Program-made: the position numbers and the translations under genes
DNA from: the human T2T-CHM13v2.0 reference genome, Homo sapiens
Strand: one strand, 5' to 3'
Assembly: GCF_009914755.1 (NCBI RefSeq)
Contig: NC_060933.1
DNA: 64,000 bases
Part shown: piece after piece, positions 15,222-28,110 of the stretch
Numbering within the stretch: the stretch's first letter is position 1
How the letters are laid out: each line of letters opens with the position of its first letter
Notes under the pieces: generated by a model
The model's input: only the letters and a program-made list of their open reading frames with translations
Databases searched by the model: none
Told to the model about the DNA's origin: nothing

Positions 15222-17672
15222 TTAAAAGATCAATCAGTGTTATCTACTATGTGCCAGTTATTTACCATGACACCATCAGATTCTTTATCTTTCATTCTCA
15301 TAAGAACTAATTTAGGTATTATTATCTCTATTTTATCTATGAAATACCTGGGGCTACAAGGTTAGATATTTTTCCCAGTGGGAGTTCTGGGTTTTGGATC
15401 ACAATTATTGTGAATTTAAAATTCTATATACGTCATCTCTTACAATAACAAAATACTCAATTAATTTTCTTTTCATGGATCCTGGAAACAGCCCTCCTTT
15501 GGGACCTTACTGAAGGCTTAGATACATGGCTTAGACAATCTGTGGAGGTCCAAGCGGCAAGCTTGATAAACTGGGATTTCCTGAGCTCTTGTCAGCTTCT
15601 CAAGTCAGAGTTAATGCTGAAAGTTCTACATGGGGCATGGGTGTAGCTTAGATAAATACCCAGAGGCTTGGGAGGTAGAGTGAAAATATTTTGAGCTGGC
15701 AAGTCTGTTCAATTAATATGTACTTGGGAGACATTTTCAAAGCTGACAGATCTTTTGTAAGTGCCAAGTGATATTAATTATTAGTATAAAAGCAGATCCC
15801 ACCAGTGGAGTCAGAGACACCCAAATTTATGTGTGTTCGGGTGTATCATCGGGTTGTGAGGTTGAGGATGCCAACGCTTCTAGCTGTGAGGGCAAAATTT
15901 AGCAAATGAGTGTACCCTAGGAATGAGGCAAGAAGAGTCTGAACCTCTTCTTTGTGTAGTGCAGAAATCTGGTCTTGTAGGAAAGAGTTGCTCTCAGTCT
16001 TGCCAGAGTCCTGCTCAGAAGGTAAAAGTCTAGTGGGCTGCCCAAAGGGAAGGTGTGCAATATATAGCCTTATAGCCTGGGTTGAATCAGGCAAAACAAG
16101 AGAAATATGGCTAATGTTTTACCAGAGGATAAAGCAGGGCCATAAATGAGAGAAAAATGAACCCTGAGCTCAGAGGTGGAAACAATATACAACCTGTCAG
16201 GAAGTCAAGTCCAGTGTAGGTCTGGAAAGTGCTTCAGAAGGGAGTAATGAATAGTGTGAGGTCCTGGCAGCTCTGAGAGTGCAGGCTGCCTGCCGCTTGG
16301 TGGAGGATGACCTGGTCTCTTACAGCCTTTTCAGAGAGTCAGGTAGTTCCCCTCCGTGAACCTAACAGCTTCTGTGTCTTCTCCAGGTGAATTTCACTTT
16401 ACATCTTCAGGCATGTTTCTGATTTTTTGCGGGGGACAGAGGGGAGGAGGGAAAGAAGAATTTATTCTTGGAGGTAGATGATCCATTCTTGGATCCATAC
16501 TCTTTGTGGTAGATGATCCATTCATGAGCTCTCTATGACTGTGGGTGAGGTATTTCTTTTCTTTTGTAATCAGTTCCTGATCCGAAAAATTAGGAATGGG
16601 CTCAGAATGTTCCCTGTTTTCTTCCATTGCCAACTTTCCATAATGTACAGAACTGGCAATTCCTTTCTTTTGCTAATTCTGCAAAACCTAAGGGTCTTTC
16701 TGAGATGTCCCGTGGGCTAGTTGAGTAAATCTGGGAATACCTAGTAACTAGGGCTGTGTTAAAAAGGACATTTTTGGTTTTATCTGTTTTAGGGTTCATT
16801 AAAGTTTAATAAGCTATCCTTGGGGGAAAATAATGCATACATATACAATTATTTATATATGTGGTTTATCCCTTTTGTGGAATACGGTTTTGTGTGGGCT
16901 TAATTATTTAAAAGAAATTTATGGCAGGTTATAAAGCCAATTTTTGCAATGTAAACAACTCCCACTCATTGTTTTGAAATTATTGAATTTTATTAACAAT
17001 AATTATACCTTGTATCTATGAAGCACATTCGATTTTATTAAATCTAGTTGTTTGTGTAATAACGGGTTCAGAAAACACCTGTGAACTAGGCTTTTTTCTT
17101 TTGAAATTGCTTTATTGTTTTCTTTCAGTCATAAAATGAATACATAACAGCAGGGTGCTATATTAAATATTTACTTATTTTCTTCTAGTGAAGAGAGAGC
17201 CAGACACTACACTACCATGGTCATTCTTGGGAGAATGATTCACTTTTGAGGCAAGAATGTGGCTCTCTTTCCCAAAACGGATGTAGAGGTCTATCACCAG
17301 AGGCAATTGGTTCTCCTTGTTAGGGAAATAAGCTTCACAATTCTTATGCCTCTGTTGTAGTGAACCACATTCTCTCAAAGAGTTCAGGGAAGAAGAGAAA
17401 AGTATTCAGGGTGGAGGAGAAGATTCATTACTGGCAGGAGGTGATTGAGCCACTGCCTCTGGCACAGCACTCCTTGGTGGGCTTGCCTTTTGGCTCTGGA
17501 TGGAGCTGAGCAAGCTAAGCTTGTAGGTCTCTGGCCTGAAAACCTAGGAACATTGCAGCCACAAGCTTGGCATTGAGGGAGTGGAAGCCCTATCCTCTGA
17601 GAAAGCACATGGATGGCCCATGCAAGGAACCTGAATCAGCAGTAGCCAAGTGACATTTGCATAACTCTTTGT

Positions 17673-17882
17673 CATGGATAAGCAAACTTTGTGGAAAGAT
17701 GCAGATTAAATAAACATTTTGGGCTTTGTGGGCCACATAATCTCTATTGTAACTACACAGCTTTGCCACTGCCATGTACATTGAGCAACAGCATGGATGT
17801 TACTATGTTTCAAACAAAAACTCTGTTTACAAAAAGTTAGCGGGCTGCATTCAGTCTGTGGGCCATGGTTTGCTGACACCTG
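17673..17882. mobile_element. MER58A-like hAT-Charlie DNA transposon
   Basis: Ends catggataagcaaact.. and ..ggtttgctgacacctg. Interior aacattttgggctttgtgggccaca..ctctattgtaactacacagctttgcc. Confidence 0.8.
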
Positions 17883-17884
17883 GC

Positions 17885-18050
17885 TTGGGATATTCCCAGA
17901 AGTAGAGTTGCCATGTCAAAGTGTACACTCTTTTCTAGATTTTTCTAGATGTTTTCAAGTCACCCTCCAGAAGGGTAACTGAATTGAATCCTTACCATCT
18001 GCATGAACGTACTTGTTTCTCTCTATCATCCTCAATACTAGGTATTTTCA
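17885..18050 (-). mobile_element. Old L1M(E) fragment
   Basis: gggatattcccagaagtagagttgccatgtcaaag..ctccagaagggt..catcctcaatactaggtatt. Confidence 0.65.
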
Positions 18051-18068
18051 TTTTTTTAAAAAAGGCTT

Positions 18069-18331
18069 GGCCAGGAGGCTCATGCCTATAATTCTAGCAC
18101 TTTGGGAGGCCAAGGCAGGCAGGTCACTTGAGGTCAGGAGTTTGAGACCAGCCTGGCCAACATGGTGAAACCCTGTCTCTACTAAAAATACAAAAATTAG
18201 CTGGAAATTGCTTGAACCTGGGAAGTGGAGGTTGCAGTGAGTGGAGATCGTGCCATTGCACTCCAGCCTGGGCGACAGAGTGAGACTCCGTCTCAAAAAA
18301 AAAAAAAAACAAAAAAAAAACAAAAAAAAAA
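18069..18331 (+). mobile_element. AluSx/Sz SINE with internal deletion
   Basis: After aaaaattagctgg the sequence jumps to aattgcttgaacc, so about 55 nt of the right arm are missing. Long A-rich tail. Confidence 0.93.
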
Positions 18332-19374
18332 CAGGAAAGCATCTGTACTTTAATTTTGCATATGGAAAATGGAAAACATTAACCAAAGTGTTAATTTTCT
18401 TTTTCTCACTGAAGTCCACAAAGCAAGAAATTGACAAATTTGGGGTTACTACATGGAACTTGTAAAATCAAATCATATTAATATATTTGGTGTGGAGAGT
18501 CTCTGCAACAGGAGGATGGTGTGTGTGGGGGAGAGTACCTACAGTGGAGGGAGAGGTTGGAGAGTGTGTCACAAGGATTGTGGTGGAAAAGATTGTTTGG
18601 CTGCTTCATGATTGAATGGGCATGCGGCTGATCAAGGTAATCCCAGCAGATGAGCTGCTTGGGATCCTTCATTACCAATGGCCCACCTAAGGTGAATCTT
18701 CTAGGATGTTATATGACCTATGTAGGATAACCCTTGCAAGAGAAATATGTTGGCTTAAATTTATGTGTCCCTTCCCTCTACTGTATATCTTCCCAATAGG
18801 ACCCAGGCATCAGAAAAAAGAAAACTCATTGGAGATTTTAGGCTGAACTCTTTGGACTCTTCAAGGATGGGAGAACTGTTGACTCACTTGTCAAGATTCT
18901 CTTTTGTTTTCTGATTTTTTCTATGACCAGCCATACACTAGCCAAAGAGGTGAACTAATAGAGTACACTCTTTGGAGACACACATCTGATTTGAATCCTA
19001 GCTCAACCCTATAGTGGCTGTGTAGACTCAGACCTAGTCTCTCTAAGCCCATTTGTTTTAATGTAAAATAGGCACAATAACGTCTCCCTCTTAAGGTGTT
19101 TGTAAGAATTCAATCATCACATGTCTGGAGAGTGTCTAGGCAAATGGGAGGTATTATGTGTCCAACTCCAGGACATTGCTCATAAACCTGTGATTTAGCT
19201 CATAGAGCACTGGGCACCTAAGGAGATCAAAAGATCTGGATTGCACTGACTACATCAGGTGGCCAAGGATTGGTTGGATTAGTGGGGCCTCTCAAATCAC
19301 ATTTCACAGGGAACAATCCTATGGAGAGTGATTAGGAATTAGGTTCACCAATCTATTTTGAGAGGATTTGGTTT

Positions 19375-20205
19375 GGTCCAGCCAATATTTTGAAGTACTC
19401 ACAATGCCAGGTTCTTTGCTTCGTTCTTGAAATATAGATATGAACCAGGAATTAATTCTGGTGCCAAGGAACTTCACACTGTAGAGATGGATATGAGCAA
19501 TTACCAAAAAATATTCTAAATATTATCTGATAAAGTTTTTAATGGAGGAAATCATAGGATGTTACCAAGGCAAAGAGGAAAAAATCCCTAACTTAGATCA
19601 TTGGGATTAGGGATGGTTTCTCCTAGGGGACAAAAGAGCTTAAGTCTTCTTGATGAAGGTGTGGTATATATTTGAATGTGAAGGCATTAAATTGAATGAT
19701 GCATATAAGAGAATAGAATAAGTATTGTGTTGTAGGAGACATAAGATGAAACTTGGGGGATAGCAAGAGATGTCAGTTATGAAAGGCTGATCAAAGTCTT
19801 CATTCTTTGAAAGCCATTGAAACGTTTTATACAACAGAGTGACAAGATCAGATTCATGTTTCACAAATATCTTTTTGGTTTCAGGGTGGAGGATGAATAG
19901 AATGGTGAAACCAGAGGCAGAGATACTAGTTAGGAAGCTAGTTCAGTAATTCACATGAGAGATGGTGGTGGCTGAATTAGGGAAGTGGCAGTGCAGAAGG
20001 GGAAAGGGATCTATGCAATCAATATTAATTGGTAAATTTGGCAAGATTGGGCATGGGTTGCATATGGAAAATGAAAGAGAGTGAGAATAATTCCCAAGAG
20101 TCTGATTTGAGCATTGGGTGGTTGGGGCGGGAAGTGAGGGTGGGGGCATTCCTTGATACCTGAACAATGGAGGGGGTAGAGATGATGAGTTTAGAAAGCA
20201 GAAGA
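19375..20205 (-). mobile_element. L2 LINE fragment
   Basis: gaaagccattgaaacgttttatacaacagagtgacaagatcagattcatgtttcac..gagatactagttaggaagcta. Confidence 0.8.
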
Positions 20206-20344
20206 GAGACTTCAACCAGGAACTTCTGGGCTTGGAATCAGGTTCCATGGCTTCTGACAAACTGTGCTGACTATGGGCAAATCACTCTCCCTCTTTAGCT
20301 TTAGTTTCTCATTTTATCATGCAAGTAAATATTAGACTGAAGAG

Positions 20345-20478
20345 AGACTCCCAAACATGTATCTGTGGTCACACAACTGTAGACTCTGATTTACTAAGTC
20401 TGGTGTGCAGTCCAAGAATCAGTATTTTCAAAAGTTTCCCAGGTGATGCTGTTGTCCAACAGGTTTCAAGCCCTTTGG
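20345..20478. mobile_element. MER5A-like hAT fragment
   Basis: ctctgatttactaagtctggtgtgcagtccaagaatcagtattttcaaaagtttcccaggtgatgctg. Confidence 0.7.
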
Positions 20479-20999
20479 AGCAGGAGATCCTTGAGGATTC
20501 TTACAGCTCAAGCATCTCTTAATGCAGTTTCCTCCTAGCTCTTGCTCCTTCCTGCTGACTCTGCAGATATGAGCTGGCATCTAATATCCAGTGTGGCCTT
20601 CACAGACACTACCATGCATGCCAGTATCCACAGTGTGTCTCACTTTCTCTGTCCCTCCACCCCTTCCTCCACTCATCACACGGATTGGGCAGGCAGAAAA
20701 AGCCAAGAGTATTACCCTTCACATAATTGGCACCAAGGCAACTCCCTGCCATGTTTTTCCTTCCCAAAGACATATGGTTGATTTCCCACCAGGATATTGT
20801 ATAATAAACCACTTCTGTAGCTCATTGGGATGGAGGGTTAGTGATTTTGTTCCAAGTGTGGTGGTAAATGCATTTTTTAAAAGGCCTTCCCTAAACTTAA
20901 AGTTTTAGTAGACAGAACACATCCAAGAATTGAGCATTTATCTTCCACATGTGCCGGGAGGACATGTTACTTATCTTCTCTCTTGGTACTTCCACTGAT

Positions 21000-21420
21000 C
21001 CCACTTCCTGCTATGGATGAGCTCAGCAGACATGGCATGTAGACACATGGGGAAAAGTCATCAACACATCTGAAAAATTAGTAATGGCTTGGCCATCAAC
21101 AGAGAGGCTTAGGTGTTACTTCTTACAACCTACAAACAGCATTAATTACACTGAAATCTCCAGGCTGGACCAAGAAGAGGATCCCCTTACACCACACATA
21201 AGTGCATTTGCCTGGAGTGAAACAGCACAGGTCTTCCTCTCACTGCAAGGCTGTGATCAATTCTTGGCTCCCAAACCCAAAAGGGATGTGGAAATCTGGT
21301 GGGAACTGTAAAGGCCTGGAATATAAGACTTATGTGCACAGATGAAAGGCAGCAGGCTTGTTCAGCTGGGAGGAACTGTAGGATGGCTTAATTATAACCT
21401 CCTGGTCTATAGCGAGTTCT
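21000..21420 (+). mobile_element. Possible L3/CR1 fragment
   Basis: CR1-like 3' motif ggcttgttcagctgggaggaactgtaggatggcttaatt. Highly decayed. Confidence 0.4.
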
Positions 21421-23171
21421 TAGATCACTGATGAGGTAAACCCGCTGCTGGATCCCAAGCTGGGAGCTACAGCAAGGACTCAAACCTATTTATCTTTTAT
21501 TTTTCTATGGTGTTTGGGATGCAGCTCTGAATAAAGTGGTGGCTGAGGAAACTGATTCAGCAACTGCATTTCCAGATCCTTTTACAGCAGAAAGAGCTTA
21601 ACTTTGGGGTAATTCAAACCTGAGTTTGAATTCCAATTACACAAATTACAAACTGTAACTTTGGATATTTCAACTGCGTACATTGTAATTTTCTTAACTA
21701 TAAAATAAGGTTAAAATATTGACCACATAGGGCTATTTTGGGGAATGAGAGAGAGAGAGAGAGTAGGAGTAGTCTCTTATCTAGTACAGAGCCTGGTAAG
21801 TTCTTTAAGTATTTTCAGAGTGAAGGATTAGATAAAGCTATGGAGAACGTTTAGACAGACTATGGTAGACAAGCTAGTAGGGTGATTTGACGTCTCAATT
21901 TGCCTTGGATGGTGCTAGCTTAAAAATTCAGCAGGCATGCAAAAGGGTCTCAGATTGAAGGGACAAAGTGATTTCCCTGTAGCCTCTGAATAACTTAAGC
22001 TCTGTGGTTTGCAGGAACTTAGTGATGTGGTCATGCATAGTGTGCGTGTGTGTGTGTGCGTGCGCATGTGTGCATGTATGTAATATCTTATGTCTACTAC
22101 TCTGATGTCTTTTGAGCTTCTTGGAAACTTGGATAATATCTAATTTATCTCTTCATTTCTCTTTATCCCTAAATCAGCAAATGTGTGAGGAGAACCAATG
22201 GTAATTATATGCCTTGTATAATATGAGAACAGATGGAAAAATAAACAAACACCAAATCTCACTTCCTCCTGTTGCTTACCTTTTAGTGGCAGTGTCAGAT
22301 TTTTCTCCTGGACTCCTTCTCCTAACTATAATTTAAAAAATGTATTTCATCATGCAACTTATTTATTTTAAAAATCTAAAGTATTACAGATAACATGGAA
22401 GCTCTTATCCCTAATATCATTCCCCCTTCTCTAAAGGCAATCACCAATATGAATTTTATTGTGTATCATTGCAGCCCCCATTTTCTATGTTTATTATGAG
22501 ATATATCCACTAATAATACATATGGTTGCTATTTCTTACCTATTTACAGAACTATTTCATACTACAGTTTTTAACAACTTGTTTCCCCTTTGTTACTCAA
22601 GATTGCATTTTTGATATCCATTCATGTCTTTACACATAGATCTAATTAATTCATTTTGATTTTTGTTATTGTAAATTGCATGAATATATTACAATTTATT
22701 TACTCATTCTTTCTCCACTGAAGGACATAAAGATTGTTTCCAATTTTTCTTCATTGTAAACAGACACTGCTATAATGAACATTCTGGTTTATGTGCAGGC
22801 ATTTCTCTGAAGTAGAATGAGAAGTCATTGGGCATGCACATTTTAACAATTTCACAATCTACAGTCAAATTGCTCTCCAAAGTGATTGTACTAATTTAGA
22901 CTCCCACCAGCAGGGTAGGAAAGTTCAGTTTTCTCATGTCTTTACCAACAGTTGCTATTGACAGACTCTTTAATGCTTGTCAAACTATTTGGTGTAAAAT
23001 GCTTCACTGTTGTTTTAATTTGCATTTCCTTTATTTCTAGTGAGGATAATAATCTATTCATATGTTCACTGGCTCTTCTGAATTGCCTGTTCCCATCAAT
23101 TGCCAACTTCTGTGTTATATTGTTGGTTCGTTTAAACTGATACATAATTTCTCTACCTATTCAAGATAATC

Positions 23172-23205
23172 TGTGTTTGTTTTACACGTGTGTTTGTTTT
23201 ACACG
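23172..23205. repeat. Perfect 17-bp tandem duplication
   Basis: tgtgtttgttttacacg x2. Confidence 0.95.
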
Positions 23206-24490
23206 TTACAGACATATTTTCTAAGCCTGCCATTTTTTTAAGTATGTTTCATGGTGTGCTTCGTAATGGGGAAAATCTTAATTTTGATGCACTTGGTTTT
23301 ATCAATGCTTTCCTATAAATTGCTAGTGTTTGAGAGTTTTCTAAGAAATTTGATTTTTATCTCTTAGTCAAAAATTGTTATCCTACATTCTCTTCTAATT
23401 AAAAAATCCCATTTGCAGTTTTATTTAGTTATTTTTGTCTATAAAGTGAGTTCCGAATGGGAAACCAGGTCATTTACTGCACTTTTTTCCTTCCCACTGA
23501 TTTATAATGCCACCTCTGTCATACACCAGGCTCATATGTGTTTCAGCTTATTTAAGGGCTTCAAATTTTATTTCATTAACTTGACTTTTTCTCTGCTCCA
23601 ATATCATTCTTTTAATTTTATGACTTTAAACTGTTTTCATGGATAGGTAGTCAAGTTCTAGCTCATTTTTTCCCCTCCCCTCAGAATTATCTTTGCTGAT
23701 CTTTGTTGTTTGCATATTCAAATGGAGTTTAGAATAAGTGCGTAGAGTTCTGAGAGAGAAATCTTGTTGAGATTTTATCTGAAACCTCATTAATTAAATA
23801 TATTGATGATTTGGATCAAGTTAATAGCTTTGTGATTTTAAATATCTCCACTCATGGAAATGGCACAACTCTCCATATATTTTGTTTCCCTTATGCTGCT
23901 TATTTCATAATTTTGTATACAAATTTTTGCATATATGTATTTTTAAATTTATTCATAAACACCTTTTTTTGCTTTTATGCCTGTACTTATATTGCATTAT
24001 TACTGATATGTATATATTCTTCCACCCTTGTGAGATCTTAGAGTGACTTTGCTAGTTTAGTCAGTTTTTCTTAGATTTATTATATTGAGGACCTTATATA
24101 TGATCTCTAAATATATACTGATAAGCTTAAATTCTTAAGTATCATTTATTTTTCTTGCCTTATTACGTAATTAGGGCATCCAGTTGACTAGTAAAAGTAA
24201 TTATAAAGACTCTACTATTTTCTTTTCTTGACTTTAATAGAAATGCTTTTAAAGCTTCATCATTCATTATTATATCTATAGTAGTTTTTCGCTAGATGTT
24301 TATTTTTAAAGAAAGTTTCTTGTTACTGATAGATTGCTAAGAATTTTGTCATGGATTCATTTTGAATTTTATTCCTTAATTTTATGTATCTATTGATAAA
24401 TCTATTTTTTCTTTTAGTTTGCTCATATATTGAATTAGCCTACTTTGATAGATTTTTTTTCCTAGTTAACCATACCTGCCTCTTTTTTGA

Positions 24491-24662
24491 TGAATTTTAA
24501 TAGGCCATTATATTTGTTTGTTAGTTTTAGTGAAGGGTTAGCTTTATTATGCTTGGATTTTACTTAAGATGTTTAATGAATTTTAATAGGCCATTATATT
24601 TGTTTGTTTGTTTTAGTGAAGGGTTAAGTTTATTATGCTTGGATTTTACTTAAGATGTTTAA
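24491..24662. repeat. 86-bp tandem duplication
   Basis: tgaattttaataggccattatatttg...cttaagatgtttaa at 24491-24576 and 24577-24662, about 3 differences. Confidence 0.95.
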
Positions 24663-24752
24663 AATTAAGATTTTTTTGCCATCTGTAACTTTATTTTATT
24701 GTACATTTTTTGGAGTGGGGATCTTATGTTAATATCTCTTCTGACCATTCTA

Positions 24753-24799
24753 TTAGGTTGGTGCAAAAGTAATTGCAGTTTTTACCAATTTCAATCTAA
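24753..24799. mobile_element. MADE1 (Hsmar1 MITE), internally deleted
   Basis: ta|ttaggttggtgcaaaagtaattgcagttttt is the Hsmar1/MADE1 TIR. The right end is reduced to caatctaa|ta. Confidence 0.85.
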
Positions 24800-25169
24800 T
24801 AATCTATTAGTCTATAATAATTTCAATCTATAGTCTATTAGATGACTACTATTATCTACTAGATTATTCCACCTACTATTTTTATTGTACATGCTAGAGC
24901 TTAAGAAAATTTTTCATCTTAGACTATGCTCTAATTATATCACCTGTGTGCATTTTTCCCATTGTAAAACAAATTGTTTTTCTTTTTGATATATATTGGC
25001 TGGTGCCAATTGTTCTCTCAGAGAAGTAAATGGGATCTTTAAGGAAAAAAATATCTAGGTTTCCCACATTTAACTTACTAATCTTAGCAATGGCTAATAG
25101 GGAAATTCCCAGATGAATCAAGGAAATATCTCACCTTCCACAACAATAATTTATTAATTATAATTAATC

Positions 25170-25410
25170 AGATTGGTAGCTAACTGTGTGTTGGGCACTG
25201 GGCTAAGTACTTTATTTATATACATGATGTTATGTATTTGCAAAAATCATATGGTATAAGCAGTGCTAGTCTCAGTTTAGAGATAATAAAATTTGGATTA
25301 ATGGGGTTTAAGTTACTTGCTCAAGTGTGCATAGGTGGTAAAGTGGTGATTTTTATCCATTCCTTTCTGACTCCAAATCACATACCCTTGACCACTTTGC
25401 TACATTGTGT
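25170..25410 (-). mobile_element. MIR SINE
   Basis: tgtgttgggcactgggctaagtacttta..ggtttaagttacttgctcaag. Confidence 0.7.
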
Positions 25411-26148
25411 CTACACCAATGTTTGGAGAACCTAAAGCCACCTGTGTTAACTCCATTCCAGCACTTAAGGGAGTTTAACTCAACAATGTCTCCTGGTTAG
25501 TATATCCCTTATATCTCAGTTCTCTCTGCTTAACATATACAGATTTCTTTTCAAGAAATGCAAATTATATTTCTCTTGTTCTGTCTTATTTATGTTTTAT
25601 TTTTTCTTCTTACACTGCGTCCAAGAAACACCTCCTCATGCTTTGGTGTCTTCTTTCTTCTTTTTCCTCTTGTCTGTGTTTAGTTTCCTCGTTTTCTAGT
25701 TAGTCCTATAATTCTTACTGATCCTTCTTTACTTTTACATTAGAAAAAAGGAGGGTTTAAAAAGCGTTTTTTAAATGAAAGAAAATAAATTGTCCTTCAT
25801 TGGACTATTGTTCCTCCAAGCTAGGAAGTTGATGCTTGATTCTCTGATACCCCGGGGGCCTGGGTGGTGTTTTAAGCTGGGAGAAGATCGGCACTCTCCT
25901 GAACTGCCTTAGATGCTTCCTTATCCTGGGCCTCTCTGACAGGCAACATGCCTCAACTTTGTCAACAAGTTGTGGTTTGTTTCACTGGCCAAGCATAAGA
26001 CAGAGCATGAAGGCCGAGCTGCGTGCCTGGTGCTGCATGTTTCCTGTTTCTGTAAGCTATTTGTTGTCAACTCTCTTTTTTCCTTTATGATATTTAATTG
26101 AAATCACAGCTTAATGAGGCCTGACCAGTATTTTTCCTTTGGTCACAG

Positions 26149-26239
26149 ATTTGATGCTACTGCCAATGTACCTGAATAAGAAGACAACTCTTTCTGGAAA
26201 AAGGGAAAACTTGAAGGGCTATTGAAGGCCGCTAGAAAG
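26149..26239 (+). other. Candidate non-coding exon (91 nt, alternative donor after 26279)
   Basis: ctgac branch-like motif, then tttttcctttggtcacag|. Donor AAG|GTATTG. Stops in all frames. Confidence 0.3.
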
Positions 26240-26819
26240 GTATTGTTTACATGATGCATTTTCCCCTTATCTTCAACAGGTAAAATTGTTACTAAACTGA
26301 TGTTTCCTTTAACAATGATAATTTTTATTTGGTAGTCTTGGGATGTCCCTGGGAGCTCAAGTTCAGACAATGAATCTAGATTTTTGCCAGTTGAAGTTCA
26401 GGTTTTGTGACCTCACCTAAAATTTGCTCCTGGGGCTTGGAAAGTTTAAAATTGTGCTTTTTTATTTTCCCCTTCTTTTTTTTAGCACAGTTCAGATGCC
26501 ATGTCCCTAGGAATTTTTCCTTAATTCCCAAATTGCAATAATATATCCATCATCTGCACATCTACATTACTTGTATTTAAACTGTTTCATGGCATTAACC
26601 ATGTTTTACCCTGATGCAATGAGATACAATGCAGTTAGATGAGAGAATATGAGTACTGGAGCTGGACAGGAATGGATGTGAAGCCTGTGGCAGTTATTTA
26701 CTGGGTGATCTTAACATCTCAATATTTTCTTCTTCATAAAATGATAATATTAAAAATAATAGACTGTTAATATGACCTACCTTATCTTGTTGTTGGGATA
26801 ATTTAAGGAAATTACACAT

Positions 26820-27179
26820 TGTATTAGTCTGTTCTCATACTGCTGATGAAGACATACCAAAGACTGGGTAATTTATAAAGGAAAGAGGTTTAATTGACTC
26901 ACAGTTCCACATGGCTAGGGAGGCCTCACAATCACGGTGGAAGGCAAAGGAGAAGCAAGGACATTTCTTACATGGTGACAGGCAAGACAGCTTGTGCAGG
27001 GGAACAAACTCTGATTTATAAAACTATCAGATCTTGTGAGACTTATTCACTACCACGAGAACAGTATGGGGGAAACCACCCCCATGATTCCATTATCTTC
27101 ACCTGGACCCACCCTTGACATGTGGGGATTATTGCAATTCAAGGTGAGATTTGGGTGGGGACACAGCCAAACCGTATCA
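26820..27179 (-). mobile_element. THE1B/C solo LTR
   Basis: tgtattagtctgttctcatactgctgatgaagacatacc..ggggacacagccaaaccgtatca. Perfect 5-bp TSD cacat at 26815-26819 and 27180-27184. Confidence 0.93.
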
Positions 27180-27884
27180 CACATGTAATAACCTTGGTGC
27201 ACAGGAGAAGCAATAGATGACTATGATTTTACCATCCTTTGAGTTAATACCCACTATCACTGGTGCCTGTAAAGGGCTGCACTTGTAGAAAGTATGACTC
27301 TGTCTTTCCATAACACTAAACATGAAACCTAAGAGCTTTTCATCACGGGGATTTGTCTCATCATCTGGCATGCTTTCTTTGACACCTAGCCAACCCAGTA
27401 GGCTTTATCTGAGTTAACCTCATAAAGTATCATATTGTTTCACACAGGGGTTTATTCCTGAAAGTTACTTAATGGTAGTTTTTAAGAAAATTAAATCTTA
27501 TTTTATAGGCACCTGGGAAAATCATTATTAAAGTGAGTCATATGGCTAATCGTTTTGCGTAAAGGATCCCTTTGGAAAGTGAATAATCTCTTGTTAGTTA
27601 CCATGCGTATGTTCAGATACCAGCGCTTCTTAGAGAGGTGCTTAATCCATGTATATAAAGTACTCTATACAATCTTATACTTCTGCTAAGAACATTTGCC
27701 ATGGAATCCAGGGATAGATATACACGAATGATGTTGTGTTACTTTGTAAAATTTGTCTCTGCATTTTTAATAAATTGGTACGTAAATGGATTGGTATGTA
27801 TTTGGATTCTCTACAACACAAACTTCTAAGATTTTTAGTTTTAGGAATCCTCCAAAAGCCAAGGAAAAACTAGAAGGAAAATGA

Positions 27885-28110
27885 TATTTATTGAGCATCT
27901 TTTTGCTAAGCATTATGTGAATCATCTTCACTAACATATTATAGTTATTCCTCATCATAATGCTATGAAAAGTATTGCTTACCTTTTATTGGAGAGAAAA
28001 AAAATGAGGCTCAGATAAGTAAATTACACTATGCCAGGTAATTCAGCTAGAAAATAGCAAAGTACAGGATTTGAAATCAGATCTTCTGGATGCCAAATCC
28101 CTTACTTATT
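27885..28110 (-). mobile_element. MIR SINE
   Basis: atttattgagcatc..tgaggctcagataagtaaatt..cagctagaaaatagcaaagtacaggatttgaaatcag. Confidence 0.75.

Larger units (their letters stand above)
22330..24700 (-). mobile_element. Old L1ME-type LINE (3' part, decayed)
   Basis: The minus ORF at 22942-23145 contains the L1 ORF2 C-terminal motif IKEMQIKTT. Also caaattgctctccaaagtgattgtactaatttagactcccaccagcag. Confidence 0.85.

Noticed and set aside
15770-16330. Possible ancient LTR
   Set aside because: Composition is LTR-like, but I could not match termini or a family consensus with confidence.
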